Shown here: one piece after another, positions 49,745 through 61,347 of the stretch | How the letters are laid out: each line of letters opens with the position of its first letter | Position numbering within the stretch: the first letter of the stretch is position 1 | NCBI RefSeq assembly: GCF_028641065.1 | Contig: NC_073414.1 | Span: forward strand, 8,308,001 to 8,372,000 | Origin: Leucoraja erinacea | Lineage: Eukaryota | DNA: 64,000 nt | Direction of reading: 5' to 3' | The notes under the pieces: generated by a model | What the model was told of the DNA's origin: nothing | Databases searched by the model: none | What the model saw: the letters and a program-made list of their open reading frames with translations, nothing else | Program-made: the position numbers and the translations under genes

Positions 49745-51617
49745 TCAAGTATTTTTAAACTTTGTTTCATGATGGCACATTGTATGGCGCAGAGTTTAGC
49801 AGTAACTAAGTTGATTTTTTTTTTCTGTACTGGTGTATATGCCACTTAATTTGTCTTCCTGTGTATTTTTTGTGTTGAAGTGGGTGGGTGGTGGATTCAG
49901 GCAGAGTATAAATTTACACCAAGAAGGAGGCTTTGCCTTTCTGACTCAGTTCCACGATCATCCTTTTTATGCGTGGGGAGATGGAGCAGAAAATCTGCGA
50001 GGCAATCCATGATTCAGTCGTCACGGCAGGAGGCATTCTTCCTTAAAAGGGCTCAGTTTGAGTCGAAGCGCAAGATGTTCTACCAGGGAGGGGGTTATAT
50101 TCGCCGCCCATGGGAAATCATGAAGCAATGGGTTTAAGAAGGAACTGCAGATGCTGGAAAATCGAAGGTAGACAGAAATGCTGGAGAAACTCAGCGGGTG
50201 GGGCAGCATCTATGGAGCGAAGGAAATAGGCGACGTTTTGGGTCGAGACCCTTCTTCAGACTGATGTGAGGGTAGGGGAGGGGGGGACGGGAAGAAGAAA
50301 TGAAGAGGCGGAAACAGTGGGCTGAGGGAGAGCTGAGAAGGGGAGGAGAAAGCCGGGACTACCTGAAATTAGAGAAGTCAATGTTCATACCGCTGGGGTG
50401 CAAACTGCCCAAGCAAAATATGAGGTGCTGCTCGTCCGATTTACGGTGGCAATAGGAGTGATTTAAAAAAGAATTGGGGAAAGTGCCTCACGGTTTGCTG
50501 GCTGCCGATGGCAAGCTTGCATCCGCCCTGTTTGCCGACTGCCCTTGATCTGCCGACTGCACATATGCATGCCCCTGGTTGATGTAGGGAGAGTTTTACT
50601 GAGTTATTCTTGCGTCAGCTTTACTGTAACACCCTCCCACCCTGCTTCCTCTGGTTTATATGTCCATGAATTTGAACAGCACAGTGGTGATCACTTAGGG
50701 GATTCGGGGAGGGGGGAGGGGGGGGGGTCTAGGTGTGCGTTTTAAGACATTTTATTTTTGTTTCTGTCACTTTATCTTATATTAGGTTTGCACCTGTTAA
50801 TCTTGGGAGAATAGAGCAAATAATGTGGCTTGTAATGAAACTCCTTTTTCGGTATCACGGTCTCTAGCTCGCTTTTGCATAGTGAAGCTTGATAAAGAAT
50901 ATGCTGAATCTCAAAGCCATGCTTCAATTGTGTACCACAGTATCTTTTACACTTGCCAGTAATTGTTTTTTGTATCCTCTGTACAAGACTTGTTTGTGCA
51001 CGCACCATTGCTGTCTCCGACCAGTTTGCCTTGCTGTGGGTAGCATTGTTGGCGATTCTGTACCGGTAACATGGAAGGGGTTCTTTATTGACCCATGCTG
51101 CTGCTCCCAGTCTCCAGCTCCCTGTGTGGCTGGCGTTGTTTTGAACTGATCACTGCTTGCCTTTCAGTGTCGAGATTTTGACATCTTGCACACAGCTCGC
51201 CCTCGTGGCCTGTTGATATTTGGAAGGACCTGCATCTGTAACCGTCACTCCCTCGCCCCGTCTGTGAAGCTCACTCTGTTCTATGCAAGTTTAGCCTTCG
51301 ACCTGTTTTTAAACGTAACATTATAACTGTTTAACAAAAGACGTGTAAATATGGACTGAAATGGGGCGGTGCAAAGTCTCAATCCCACCTTCAAGCATGT
51401 TAGTTTTTTTTTTTTAATTGATTGTAACAATTCCCGCTGGATGTTTTTAAATTATGCACAGTTCTCAGGAACCATTGTAATAAGTTCAGAAGTTATAGGA
51501 GCAGAATGAGGCCATTCGGCCCATCGTCTACTCCACCATTCAATCATGGCTGATCTATCTTTCCCTCTCAGCCCCATTCTCCTGCCTTCTCCCCATTCCC
51601 CCTGACGCTTGTACTAA

Positions 51618-51953
51618 AGGGCCTGTCCCACTGTTCCAGGTAATTCAAGAGTTCTCCCGGGTTTTCCCCTGATTCTAACTCAGAGAATGTCCGTAGGAGT
51701 TTGTGGATGTCACGCAGCGGCTCGTACGAGTAACGGTTGGTACTCGGGAAATCCGGTAAACTCGCGACGTTTCTTGAACACAGTGAAAAATGTCCACGAG
51801 TAAAAAAATACTCGCGATGAAAAGAATTGTTACTTTTTTACTCGTACGAGCCGCTACGAGACATCCACGAACTCCTACGGACGTTCTCCGACTTCGAATC
51901 AGGGGAAAACTCGGGAGAACGGTTGAATTACCTCGTACAGTGGGACAGGCCCT
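51618..51953. mobile_element. PIF/Harbinger-type MITE
   Basis: ~30-bp TIRs AGGGCCTGTCCCACTGT..AGGTAATTCAA; TAA TSD (51615-51617 / 51954-51956); inserted in a CR1 3' end. Confidence 0.8.
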
Positions 51954-52156
51954 TAATTAAGAATCTGTCAAATCTCCACCTTCAATATCCATTGACTTGG
52001 CCTCCACTGACTTCTGTGGCAATGAATTCCACAGATTCACCACCCTCTGACTAAAGAAACTCCTCCTCGTCCCCTTCCTAAAGGACCGTCCTCTGGTCCT
52101 AGACTCTCCCACTATTGGAAACATCCACTCTATCCAAGCCAGTTTCATGCTGGAAG

Positions 52157-52413
52157 CTGTTTAAGAAGGAACTGCAGATGCTGGAAAATCGAAGGTACAC
52201 AAAAATGCTGGAGAAACTCAGCGGGTGCAGCAGCATCTATGGAGCGAAGGAAATAGGCAACGTTTCGGGCCGAAACCCTTCCGGGTTTCGGCCCAAAACG
52301 TTGCCTATTTCCTTCAGTCTGAAGAAGGGTTTCGGCCCGAAACGTTACCCATTTCCTTCGCTCCATAGATGCTGCTGCACCCGCTGAGTTCCTCCAGCAT
52401 TTTTGTGTACCTG
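52157..52413. mobile_element. PLE pLTR-derived fold-back insertion with repeated hammerhead motif segments
   Basis: 11-bp TSD catgctggaag (52146-52156 / 52414-52424); intact motif CTGAAGAAGGGTTTCGGCCCGAAACGTT at 52319-52346. Confidence 0.8.
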
Positions 52414-55400
52414 CATGCTGGAAGATGTCGGCTATGGAGAGAGACGTGCGAGTTAATCTTTAAGTGAGGTCCATTCATTGACTAATCTTATCCTGAGCTT
52501 GCCGACCGAACGTATTTCCACATTCCCTAGTTTCTCCGCTTGGAGGCAACTAACAGTCCACACGGACTACAAATGGATAACGCAGCTGTTGATTTGGTAG
52601 TTTGCTGTCCTTCTCACAATCACGGATCATGAGCCAGAGATGTAATACTGTTGATCAGTGACGATTAAGGCCCAGCGTACGTTGGTTGGAGAGCTGGTGT
52701 TTAATGGCGGAAAGGTCTTGTGCATATTGAGATGAAAATGTTGGTTGAGAATTATGTGAATTTTATTTAATGTGAATAGTTATATATTTATGAAAATGTT
52801 TAACACAAAGTTTTGCTTCTACACAGCAAGTCTTTTAGAGTAAAATTACACATCCTACCTGTAAACAGCTCCACATAAACCCAGCACAACTCTCCGATGT
52901 GGACCTCTTTAGGGGAAGGCAGCAATTTGATCCTTTGTTTTTGGTGATTTTCTCGGAGGGAGGGAGAAGGGGGTTGCAATGACATGCTGGAGTCCAGCTC
53001 TTCTCCAGAGTTGGCCCAAAGTCAGCTGGGAAAGGCGTGTAGGAAGGAACTGCAGATGCTGCTTTACACCGAAGATAGACACAGAATGCTGGAGTAACTC
53101 AGCGGGTCGGGCAGCATCTCAGGAGAAAAGGAGAAAAGGAATAGGTGACGTTTCGGGTTGAAGACCATGTCTGGTCGGGCAGCATCTCCAGAGAAAGGGA
53201 ATAGGTGATGTTTCGGGTTGAGACCCTTCTTCGGACCATGTCTGTACGGAGGTTGACAGAAGGGTCTCAACCCTTTTTCTCCAGAGCCGCTACCTGGCCC
53301 GCTGAGTTGCTCCACCATTTCGCGTCTATCTTCACTGAGAGATGATGCACTGTTGAGTCCTTGTACACACACTCACACGCAATCCTCACACACATACACA
53401 CTTATACTTTCTGAAAGGAAAAGTACTTATTTATCTGCTTCCCCCTCAAAATAAACCTGGATTACCATTGTGTGTGTGTTTGTATGTGTGTCAGGAGATT
53501 TATTTAACTTTAGCTGCAGTCTCTAGCTCAAGTCTGCTGTTAGGTGCTTGTATTTACAAGAGAACCTCATTACCCCATGAGGCCAGTGAATGTAAAGGGA
53601 TCAGTGACTTTGGGCTGAGACGGGTGCTTGCTAGTTCGACTACTACTGCAACACCGTGTTGCTCCGATGGTTGTGCTGTGGTTTAGGGTGTCAACCAGAC
53701 TGGTGCTGCTCAAATGACTATGCAATAACTGTCCGATAAAAATGCAGGTATTTACATTTTCTTAAATAAATTTTTTAAAACAAATTGCAAGTTTTGTTAT
53801 TGCTTTATGACTTTCGACTTTAAAGACCCTTCGCACCTCTGCGCCGACTAGCACGCTAACACTATCCTACACACTTCTTGTCTGTAGACTATTATCTGAA
53901 TGGTGGCCGATTAGGAAAAAGGGAGATGCAACGAGACCTGGGTGTTATGGTACACCAGTCATTAAAAGTAGGCATGCAGGTGCAGCAGGCAGTGAAGAAA
54001 GCGAATGGTATGTTAGCATTCATAGCAAAAGGATTTGAGTATAAGAGAAGGGAGGATCTATTGCAGTTGTACAGGGTCTTGGTGAGACCACACCTGGAGT
54101 ATTGCGTACAGTTTTGGCCTACTAATCTGAGGAAAGACATTCTTGCCATAGAGGTAGTACAGAGAAGGTTCACCAGACTGATTCCTGGGATGTCAGGACT
54201 TTCATATGAAGAAAGACTGGATAGACTCGGCTTGTACTCGCTAGAATTTAAAAGATTGAATGGGGATCTTATAGAAACTTATAAAATTCTTAAGGGGTTG
54301 GACAGGCTAGATGCAGGAAGATTGTTCCCAATGTTGGGGAAGTCCAGAACAAGGGGTCACAGTTTAAGGATAAGAGGGAAGTCTTTTAGGAACTGAGATG
54401 AGAAAATCATTTTTTACACAGAGAGTGGTGAATCTATGGAATTCTCTGCCAAAGAAGCTAGTTGAGGCCAGTTCATTGGTTATATTTAAGAGGGAGTTAG
54501 ATGTGGCTAAAGGGATCAGGGGGTATGGAGAGAAGGCAGGTATGGGATACTGAGTTGGATGATCAGCCATGATCATATTGAATGGCGGTGCATGCTCGAA
54601 GGGCCGAATGGCCTACTCCTGCACTTATTTTCTATGTTTCTAACACCCATAGTCGGGATGGAACCCGTGTGTCTGGCGCTGTGAGGCAGCAATTCTACCG
54701 CTGCCCCACCGTGCTACCCCAATTTCTTTTTTCGTTTTTTTCATGTCTTCAGCAGATTTACTGAAGCATTTGTGTTTCTATTTCTGATAGACTAAAGCCC
54801 TTACCTGAACCTGGGGATTTGAAAAATACGTCACAGCTGATTTATTCTTTAGCATGGTCATGTGGTAATCTAGGAGACATTACACTCAATTTCTGTAATA
54901 CATTTTGGAGCCTTTTTTTTTATTGATTGATTGAAAGATACAGCATGAAAACGACCTTCGGCCCACTGAGTCCATGTCGACCATGGATCACCCGTCCACG
55001 CTAGTTCTGTGTTATTCCACTTTCTCGTCCACTCCCTACACACTAGCGGCAATTTACAGGGACCCAATTAACCTAAATAAATCTCACGTGGGGGAGAAAC
55101 TGGAGCACCTGGAGAAAACCCACGTGGTCACAGGGAGAAAGTACAAACTCCACGCAAACAACACTGCGAATTCCGTGAGACCTGCTCCCCATCTGTGACT
55201 CTTCTGCCCCCCTGCTCTATGACCATGTTACTCTGCAATCATAAGGAATAGGAATAGAATTAGGCCATTCGGTCCATCAAGTCTACTCCACCATTCATCA
55301 TTGCCATAGAGGGAGTGCAGAGATGGTTCACCAGACTGATTCCTGGGATGTCAGGACTGTCTTATGAAGAAAGACTGGATAGACTTGGTTTATACTCTCT

Positions 55401-55888
55401 AGAATTTAGGAGATTGAGGGGGGATCTTATAGAAACTTACAAAATTCTTAAGGGGTCGGACAGGCTAGATGCAGGAAGATTGTTCCCGATGTTAGGGAAG
55501 TCCAGGACAAGGGGTCACAGCTTAAGGATAAGGGGGAAATCCTTTAAAACCGAGATGAGAAGAACTTTTTTCACACAGAGAGTGGTGAATCTCTGGAACT
55601 CTCTGCCACAGAGGGTAGTTGAGGCCAGTTCATTGGCTATATTTAAGAGGGAGTTAGATGTGGCCTTGTGGCTAAGGGGATCAGGGGGGTATGGAGAGAA
55701 GGCGGGTACGGGATACTGAGTTGGATGATCAGCCATGATCATATTGAATGGCGGTGCAGGCTCGAAGGGCCGAATGGCCTACTCCTGCACCTAATTTCTA
55801 TGTTTCTATGTTTCTATCATGGCTAATCTATCTCTCCCTCCTAACCCCGTTCTCCTGACTTCTCCCCATATCCTCTGGCACCTGTACT

Positions 55889-56022
55889 TCTTCTTTCATG
55901 TGGCGTGCACAGCCTAAAGTTGTAGGACAACTTGTTCTATTTGATCTTCTGTTCATGCATGTCGAGTTGATTGCATTCGTGGAAACAGGGCGGACCACGT
56001 GAAGGTTGCCATCTTCCACCCC
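55889..56022 (-). mobile_element. ~135-bp ribozyme-headed SINE-like element, copy 2 (inserted in a CR1 fragment)
   Basis: 12-bp TSD ggcacctgtact (55877-55888 / 56023-56034); (aag)n tail. Confidence 0.85.
55969..56022 (-). ncRNA. Compact HDV-like ribozyme fold, copy 2
   Basis: GGGGUGG-AA-GAUGGCA-ACC-UUCACGU-GGU-CCGCCCU-GUUUCCA-C-GAA-UGCAAUC; one P2 mismatch; G1 abuts the TSD. Confidence 0.75.
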
Positions 56023-57534
56023 GGCACCTGTACTGATCAAGAATCTATCCATCTCTGCCTTTAAAATATCCACTGACTTGGCCTCCACAGCTTTCTGTGG
56101 CAAAGAATTCCACAGATTCACCACCCTCTGTGTTTTCATCTCAATCCTGTCTTTTCATCTCTGATCTTTGTCCACTATCTGCTATCAACCCCCCCATCTC
56201 CTCACCTGTATCAACCTTACACCTGTCACAGACTTGCACCTCCTCTCTTCCAGTTTTCTAAACCCTCTACCTTCCCCATTCTACATTTAACCCAAAACGT
56301 CACCTATCCATGTTCACCAGTGATGCTGCCTGCCTGCCTGCTGAGTTACTCTAATATTTTGTGCTGCATTTGTCTAATTTCACCGTGCAGCTAATAAATT
56401 CTAATCCAGGTAACATTCTGGTAAAGATAGACACAGAGTGCTGGAGTAGCTCAGTGGGTCAGGAATCATAGGTACACAAAATTGCTGGAGAAACTCAGCG
56501 GGTGCAGCAGCATCTATGGAGCGAAGGGAATAGGCAACGTTTCGGGCCGAAACCCTTCTTCAGACTCAGGAATCATCTCTGGAGAAAAAGGGATGGGTGA
56601 CATTTCTGGTAGGGACCGTTCTTCAGACTAAGAAGGGTCCTTTTGCTGCCTGACCCGTCATTTACTCCAAGAGTGTCTATCTTTGGTTTCTACTTTGATC
56701 AGCATTCTGGTAAACCTCTGCACATTTCCCCTAAGCTTCCACATCCTGTAAGGGGTGGCCAGAACTACACGCAATAATCCAAATGCGGCCTGACCATGGT
56801 CCTGTTAAGATGCATCAGGACTTCCTGGCTCTTACACTTAAAGCCCCACTATTGAAGGTAAGCATACCACATGTCTTCTTTATCCCACTCTGTCTACTTG
56901 TGTTACCAATGTCAGGGAGCTGTGAGCCTCTACCTGTACATATCTGTACCAACCTTGTTTTTTAGTTTTAGTCTCCAAATCTGAGGAAGAATTAAAGGGG
57001 GAGAAGGCTGATTCCTTGTCAGGACTGTCTGACTGGTGAGTTTATAAAATTTAGGAGATTGAGAGGGGATCTTATAGAAACTTACACCCATAGAGATGTG
57101 GAATCTGATGGAATTGTCCCTGTCCACAGAAGGCAGTGGAGGCCAAATCCTTTAAAAACCTGGATGGACTTTTTTCACACAAGAGTGGTGAATCTGTGGA
57201 ACTCTCTGCCACAGAGTAGTTAGGCCAGTTCAGCTCTATGTGGGCCAGTGGAAGGGGAAGGGATATGGGGAGAAGGCAGGCACAGGTTATTGATTGGGGA
57301 CGATCACAATGAATGGCGGTGCTGGCTAATGCATTTAATGCATTTTGTTGTGAGGTGAGAAAAAACTCTGCACTGTACACTGACAATGACAATTAAAATT
57401 GAATCTGAATCTGAATCTGAAGGGCCGAATGGCCTCCTCCTGCACCAATTTTCAATGTTTCTATGTTTCTATCTTCTAGTACATCTAAAAATTCTATTAT
57501 TAATGAGTTGAGATATTAATGGAAATCACATCCA

Positions 57535-57674
57535 GTCGTCTTCTTGCGTATGGCGTGCACAGCCTAAAGTTGTCGGACAACTTGTTCTATTTGATCTTAT
57601 TTGATTCTGCACGCCAGGTTGATTGCATTCGTTGAAACAGGGTGGACCATGTGAAGGTTGCAATCTCCCACCTC
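57535..57674 (-). mobile_element. ~135-bp ribozyme-headed SINE-like element, copy 3
   Basis: TSD at[c/t]acatcca (57525-57534 / 57675-57684); same body and tail as copies 1-2. Confidence 0.8.
57621..57674 (-). ncRNA. Compact HDV-like ribozyme fold, copy 3 (degenerate)
   Basis: GAGGUGG-GA-GAUUGCA-ACC-UUCACAU-GGU-CCACCCU-GUUUCAA-C-GAA-UGCAAUC; P1 mismatch at position 2 and an L3 G>A change. Confidence 0.65.
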
Positions 57675-60534
57675 ATTACATCCAATAATACAGCACCATC
57701 AAAGCACCAAGATGCCGTATTAGAAACATAGAAAAATAGGTGCAGGAGGAGGCCATTCTGCCCTTCGAACCAGCACCGCCATTCACTATGATCATGGCTG
57801 ACCATCCACAATCAGTACCCCCCCGTACCTGCTTTTTCCCCATACCCCTTGATTCCGTTAGCCAAGCTAAATCTAACTCTCTCTTGAAAACATCCAGTGA
57901 ATTGGCCTCCACTGCCTTCTGTGGCAGAGAATTCCAAAGATTCACAACCCTCTGGGTGGACAAGTTATCGGAAAACAAGTAAGGCCTCACCCATCATCCC
58001 TCCTACAATTATACTGGATGCTCACAAAAGGCTGGAGTAACTCAGCGGGTCAGGCAGCATCTCTGGAGAAAAAGAATAGGTGATGTTTCGGGTCTGAACC
58101 CTTCTTCAGACTGAGAGTCAGGGGAGAGGGAACTGAGACATATGAAGAGAAACATCACCTATTCCTTTACAATAGACAATAGACAATAGGTGCAGGAGTA
58201 GACCATTCTAGCCAGCACCGCCATTCAATGTGATCATGGCTGATCATCCCCAATCTGTACCCCGTTCCTGCCTTCTCCCCATATCCCCTGACTCCGCTAT
58301 CTTTAAGAGCCCTATCTAGCTCTCTATTGAAAGCATCCAGAGACTGGCCTCCACTGCCCTCTGAGGCAGAGAATTCCACAGAATCACAATCCTCTCCAGA
58401 GATGCTGCCTGATCCGCAGTTATTCCAGAATGTTATCGCTACAGTGTAAACCAGCATCTGTAGTTCCTTTCTACACAATTATAAAGACATCGTTGCTAAT
58501 GTTCTGAAAACCTCAGCTGGTGAGACATCATCTATGGAGCGAAGGAAATAGGCAATGTTTCGGGTTGAATAAATGTGAGGTTATCCATTTTGGTGGCAAA
58601 AACGGGAAAGCAGACTATTATCTAAATGGTGGCCGATTGGGAAAGGGGGAGATGCAGCGAGACCTGGGTGTCATGGTACACCAGTCATTGAAGGTAGGCA
58701 TGCAGGTGCAGCAGGCAGTAAAGAAAGCGAATGGTATGTTGGCTTTCATAGCAAGAGGATTTGAGTATAGGAGCAGGGAGGTTCTACTGCAGTTGTACAG
58801 GGTCTTGGTGAGACCACACCTGGAGTATTGCGTGCAGTTTTGGTCTCCAAATCTGAGGAAGGACATTATTGCCATAGAGGGAGTGCAGAGAAGGTTCACC
58901 AGACTGATTCCTGGGATGTCAGGACTGTCTTATGAAGAAAGACTGGATAGACTTGGTTTATACTCTCTAGAATTTAGGAGATTGAGAGGGGATCTTATTG
59001 AAACTTACAAAATTCTTAAGGGGTTGGACAGGCTAGATGCAGGAAGATTGTTCCCGATGTTGGGGAAGTCCAGGACAAGGGGTCACAGCTTAAGGATAAG
59101 GGGGAAATCCTTTAAAACCGAGATGAGGAGAACTTTTTTCACACAGAGAGTGGTGAATCTGGAACTCTCTGCCACAGAGGGTAGTTGAGGCCAGTTCATT
59201 GGCTATATTTAAGAGGGAGTTAGATGTTGCCCTTGTGGCTAAGGGGATCAGGGGGTATGGAGAGAAGGCAGGTACGGGATACTGAGTTGGATGATCAGCC
59301 ATGATCATATTGAATGGCGGTACAGGCTCGAAGGGCCGAATGGCCTACTCCTGCACCTAATTTCTATGTTTCTATGAAACCCTTCTGTATGTTAACTATT
59401 TGTGATATGCACACACTTTCAAAGTAACATGGAGCCCATCTGCATTTTTATCCGATGAGATAATTCACTACTGCACTGGGTGCGTTTTTTTCCCTGATGA
59501 GTCACTTTGAAGCCTGTTCACGATTCACATCCCACTCCACTTAGTGTCACTGGCAACATTACCTGACACCAGGAAGTCCAGAAAATGACACAAAGTGCTG
59601 GAGTAACTCAGCGGGTCGGGCAGCATCTCTGCAGAACATGGGTGGGTGACACTTCAAAATTCTTAAGGGGTTGGACAGGCTAGATGCAGGAAGATTGTTC
59701 CCAATGTTGGGGAAGTCCAGAACAACGGGTCACAGTTTAAGGATAAGGGGGAAATCCTTTAGGACTGAGATGAGAAAAACATTTTTTACAGAGAGTGGCG
59801 AATCTCTGGAATTCTCTGCCACAGAATGTAGTTGAGGCCAGTTCATTGGCTATATTTAAGGGAGTTAGATGTGGCCCTTGTGGCTAAAGGGATCAGGGGG
59901 TATGGAGAGAAGGCAGGTACAGGATACTGAGTTGGATGATCAGCCATGATCATATTGAATGGCGGTGCAGGCTCGAAGGGCCGAATGGCCTACTCCTGCA
60001 CCTATTTTCTATGTTTCAGCTCAGTGCCCCTTTTTCATGCTGATTGTGGTAGAGCGGGTGAGAAAGCTGGAAGAGAGGAAGGGCAATGCAAAGACTGGCG
60101 AGTTTAGAAGGATGAGAGGGCATCTTATTGAAACATATAAGATTATGTTTCAGGCAGCAGTTCCACCGCCTCAATCAAACTGACCCTAAACTTCACCGAT
60201 CCATGTCCTCCAGGGAGGCTGCCTGACCCGCCGAGTCACTCCGGCACTTTGTGTGGCTTTCCTTGATTTGACCCGCATCTGCAGTTCCTTGTCTCCACAT
60301 TTGAGCAGCCCTGCTACTGTGCTGCCCTTGTATTGCTACAATCCACATTCTTAAAGCCTACTTCGTGAAACGTTCTGCTGCTACTGCGGCGCCACGTAAA
60401 TACAAACCCTTCGGGGTTTTTTTCCCCAGATGCATGAGAGATCGGCGACGCTGGTTTCCTCCGGAGAGCCCCGGCAGGCGGAGTCTGTCTGTCTGTCTGT
60501 CTATCTGCAGCGTTTCAGTGTGTTGGCGGCAGCG

Positions 60535-61185
60535 GGGGCGAAGGGAGGGAAGGGGCGGAAGGGGGAGGGCGAAAGAGGGAGCTGGTGGGTTGGAGGTAGA
60601 TAGGGGGAGGGAGAAGGAAGGAGGGGAGGGGAAGGGAGGAGGGGAGGGGAGGGAGGGGGAGGGCGAAGGAGGGAGGAGGAGGGGAAGGTAGGAGGGGGGA
60701 GGGCGTGGGAGGGAAAGGGGGGTGGCGAAGGAGGGGGGGGAGGGGAGGGGAGACGAAGGAAGGGGGGGGGGAGGGAGGAAAGGGAGGGAGGATGGAAGGG
60801 GGAGGGCGAAGGGGGGGTAGGTTGGGGGAGGGGGAGGGGGGAAGGGGGGGTAGGTTGGGGAGGGGGGGGGAGGGGGAGGGCGGACAGAGAGAGAGGGAGG
60901 GGAGGGAGGGAGATAGGGGGAGGGGGTAGGTTGTGGGAGGGAGATAGGGGAGGGAAAGGGAGGGCGAAGGAAGGATGGGGAGGGCGAATGAGGGAGGGGG
61001 AGGGGAGGGGAGGAGGAGGTGAGTGGATAGAAGAAGAAAGGGGATGGCGAAGGAAGGAGGGGAGGAGGGAAGGGGAGGGTGAAGAAGGGAGGAGAGAGGA
61101 AGGGGGAGGGCGAAGGAGAGGGAGGGGGTAGGTGGGGGGAAGGGAAATGGAGGGTGAAGGAGGAAGGGAATGCGAGGGGGAAGGG
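60535..61185. repeat. G/A-rich polypurine tract upstream of the 61.2-kb promoter
   Basis: Repeated ggagggcgaagg units and G runs. Confidence 0.85.
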
Positions 61186-61189
61186 AACT

Positions 61190-61345
61190 CCCACACCCCG
61201 CCCACCCCGTCAGGTTGCCCAGGCAACTGTATGGGGGTTGCGCTCGGAAGCAGCTGACACACACGAGTCAGACTGACAGCAGGAAGGTTACAATGTAGCG
61301 GCGGCGGCGGCGGCCACTGGACACACACACACACACAGCGAGCGG
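61190..61345 (+). promoter_or_regulatory. Probable promoter and non-coding first exon of a downstream plus-strand gene
   Basis: Sp/KLF boxes 61191-61209, RFX X-box palindrome GTTGCCCAGGCAAC 61214-61227, CGGAAG ETS core, GGC-repeat leader, consensus donor CGG|GTGAGT at 61346; CpG-rich flanks 60.36-62.05 kb. Confidence 0.55.
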
Positions 61346-61347
61346 GT

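Larger units (their letters stand above)
53883..60016 (+). mobile_element. Cluster of near-identical young CR1 3' fragments (53883-54642, 55298-55817, 58565-59376, 59654-60016)
   Basis: ORFs 53878-54396, 55315-55719, 58520-59188 encode the RT C-terminal region (KCEVIHFG...RDLGV...[15 protein letters not shown]). Confidence 0.9.

Noticed and set aside
58520-59188. 222-aa ORF as a host gene or intact LINE
   Set aside because: 5'-truncated CR1 RT C-terminus with a frameshift; not autonomous
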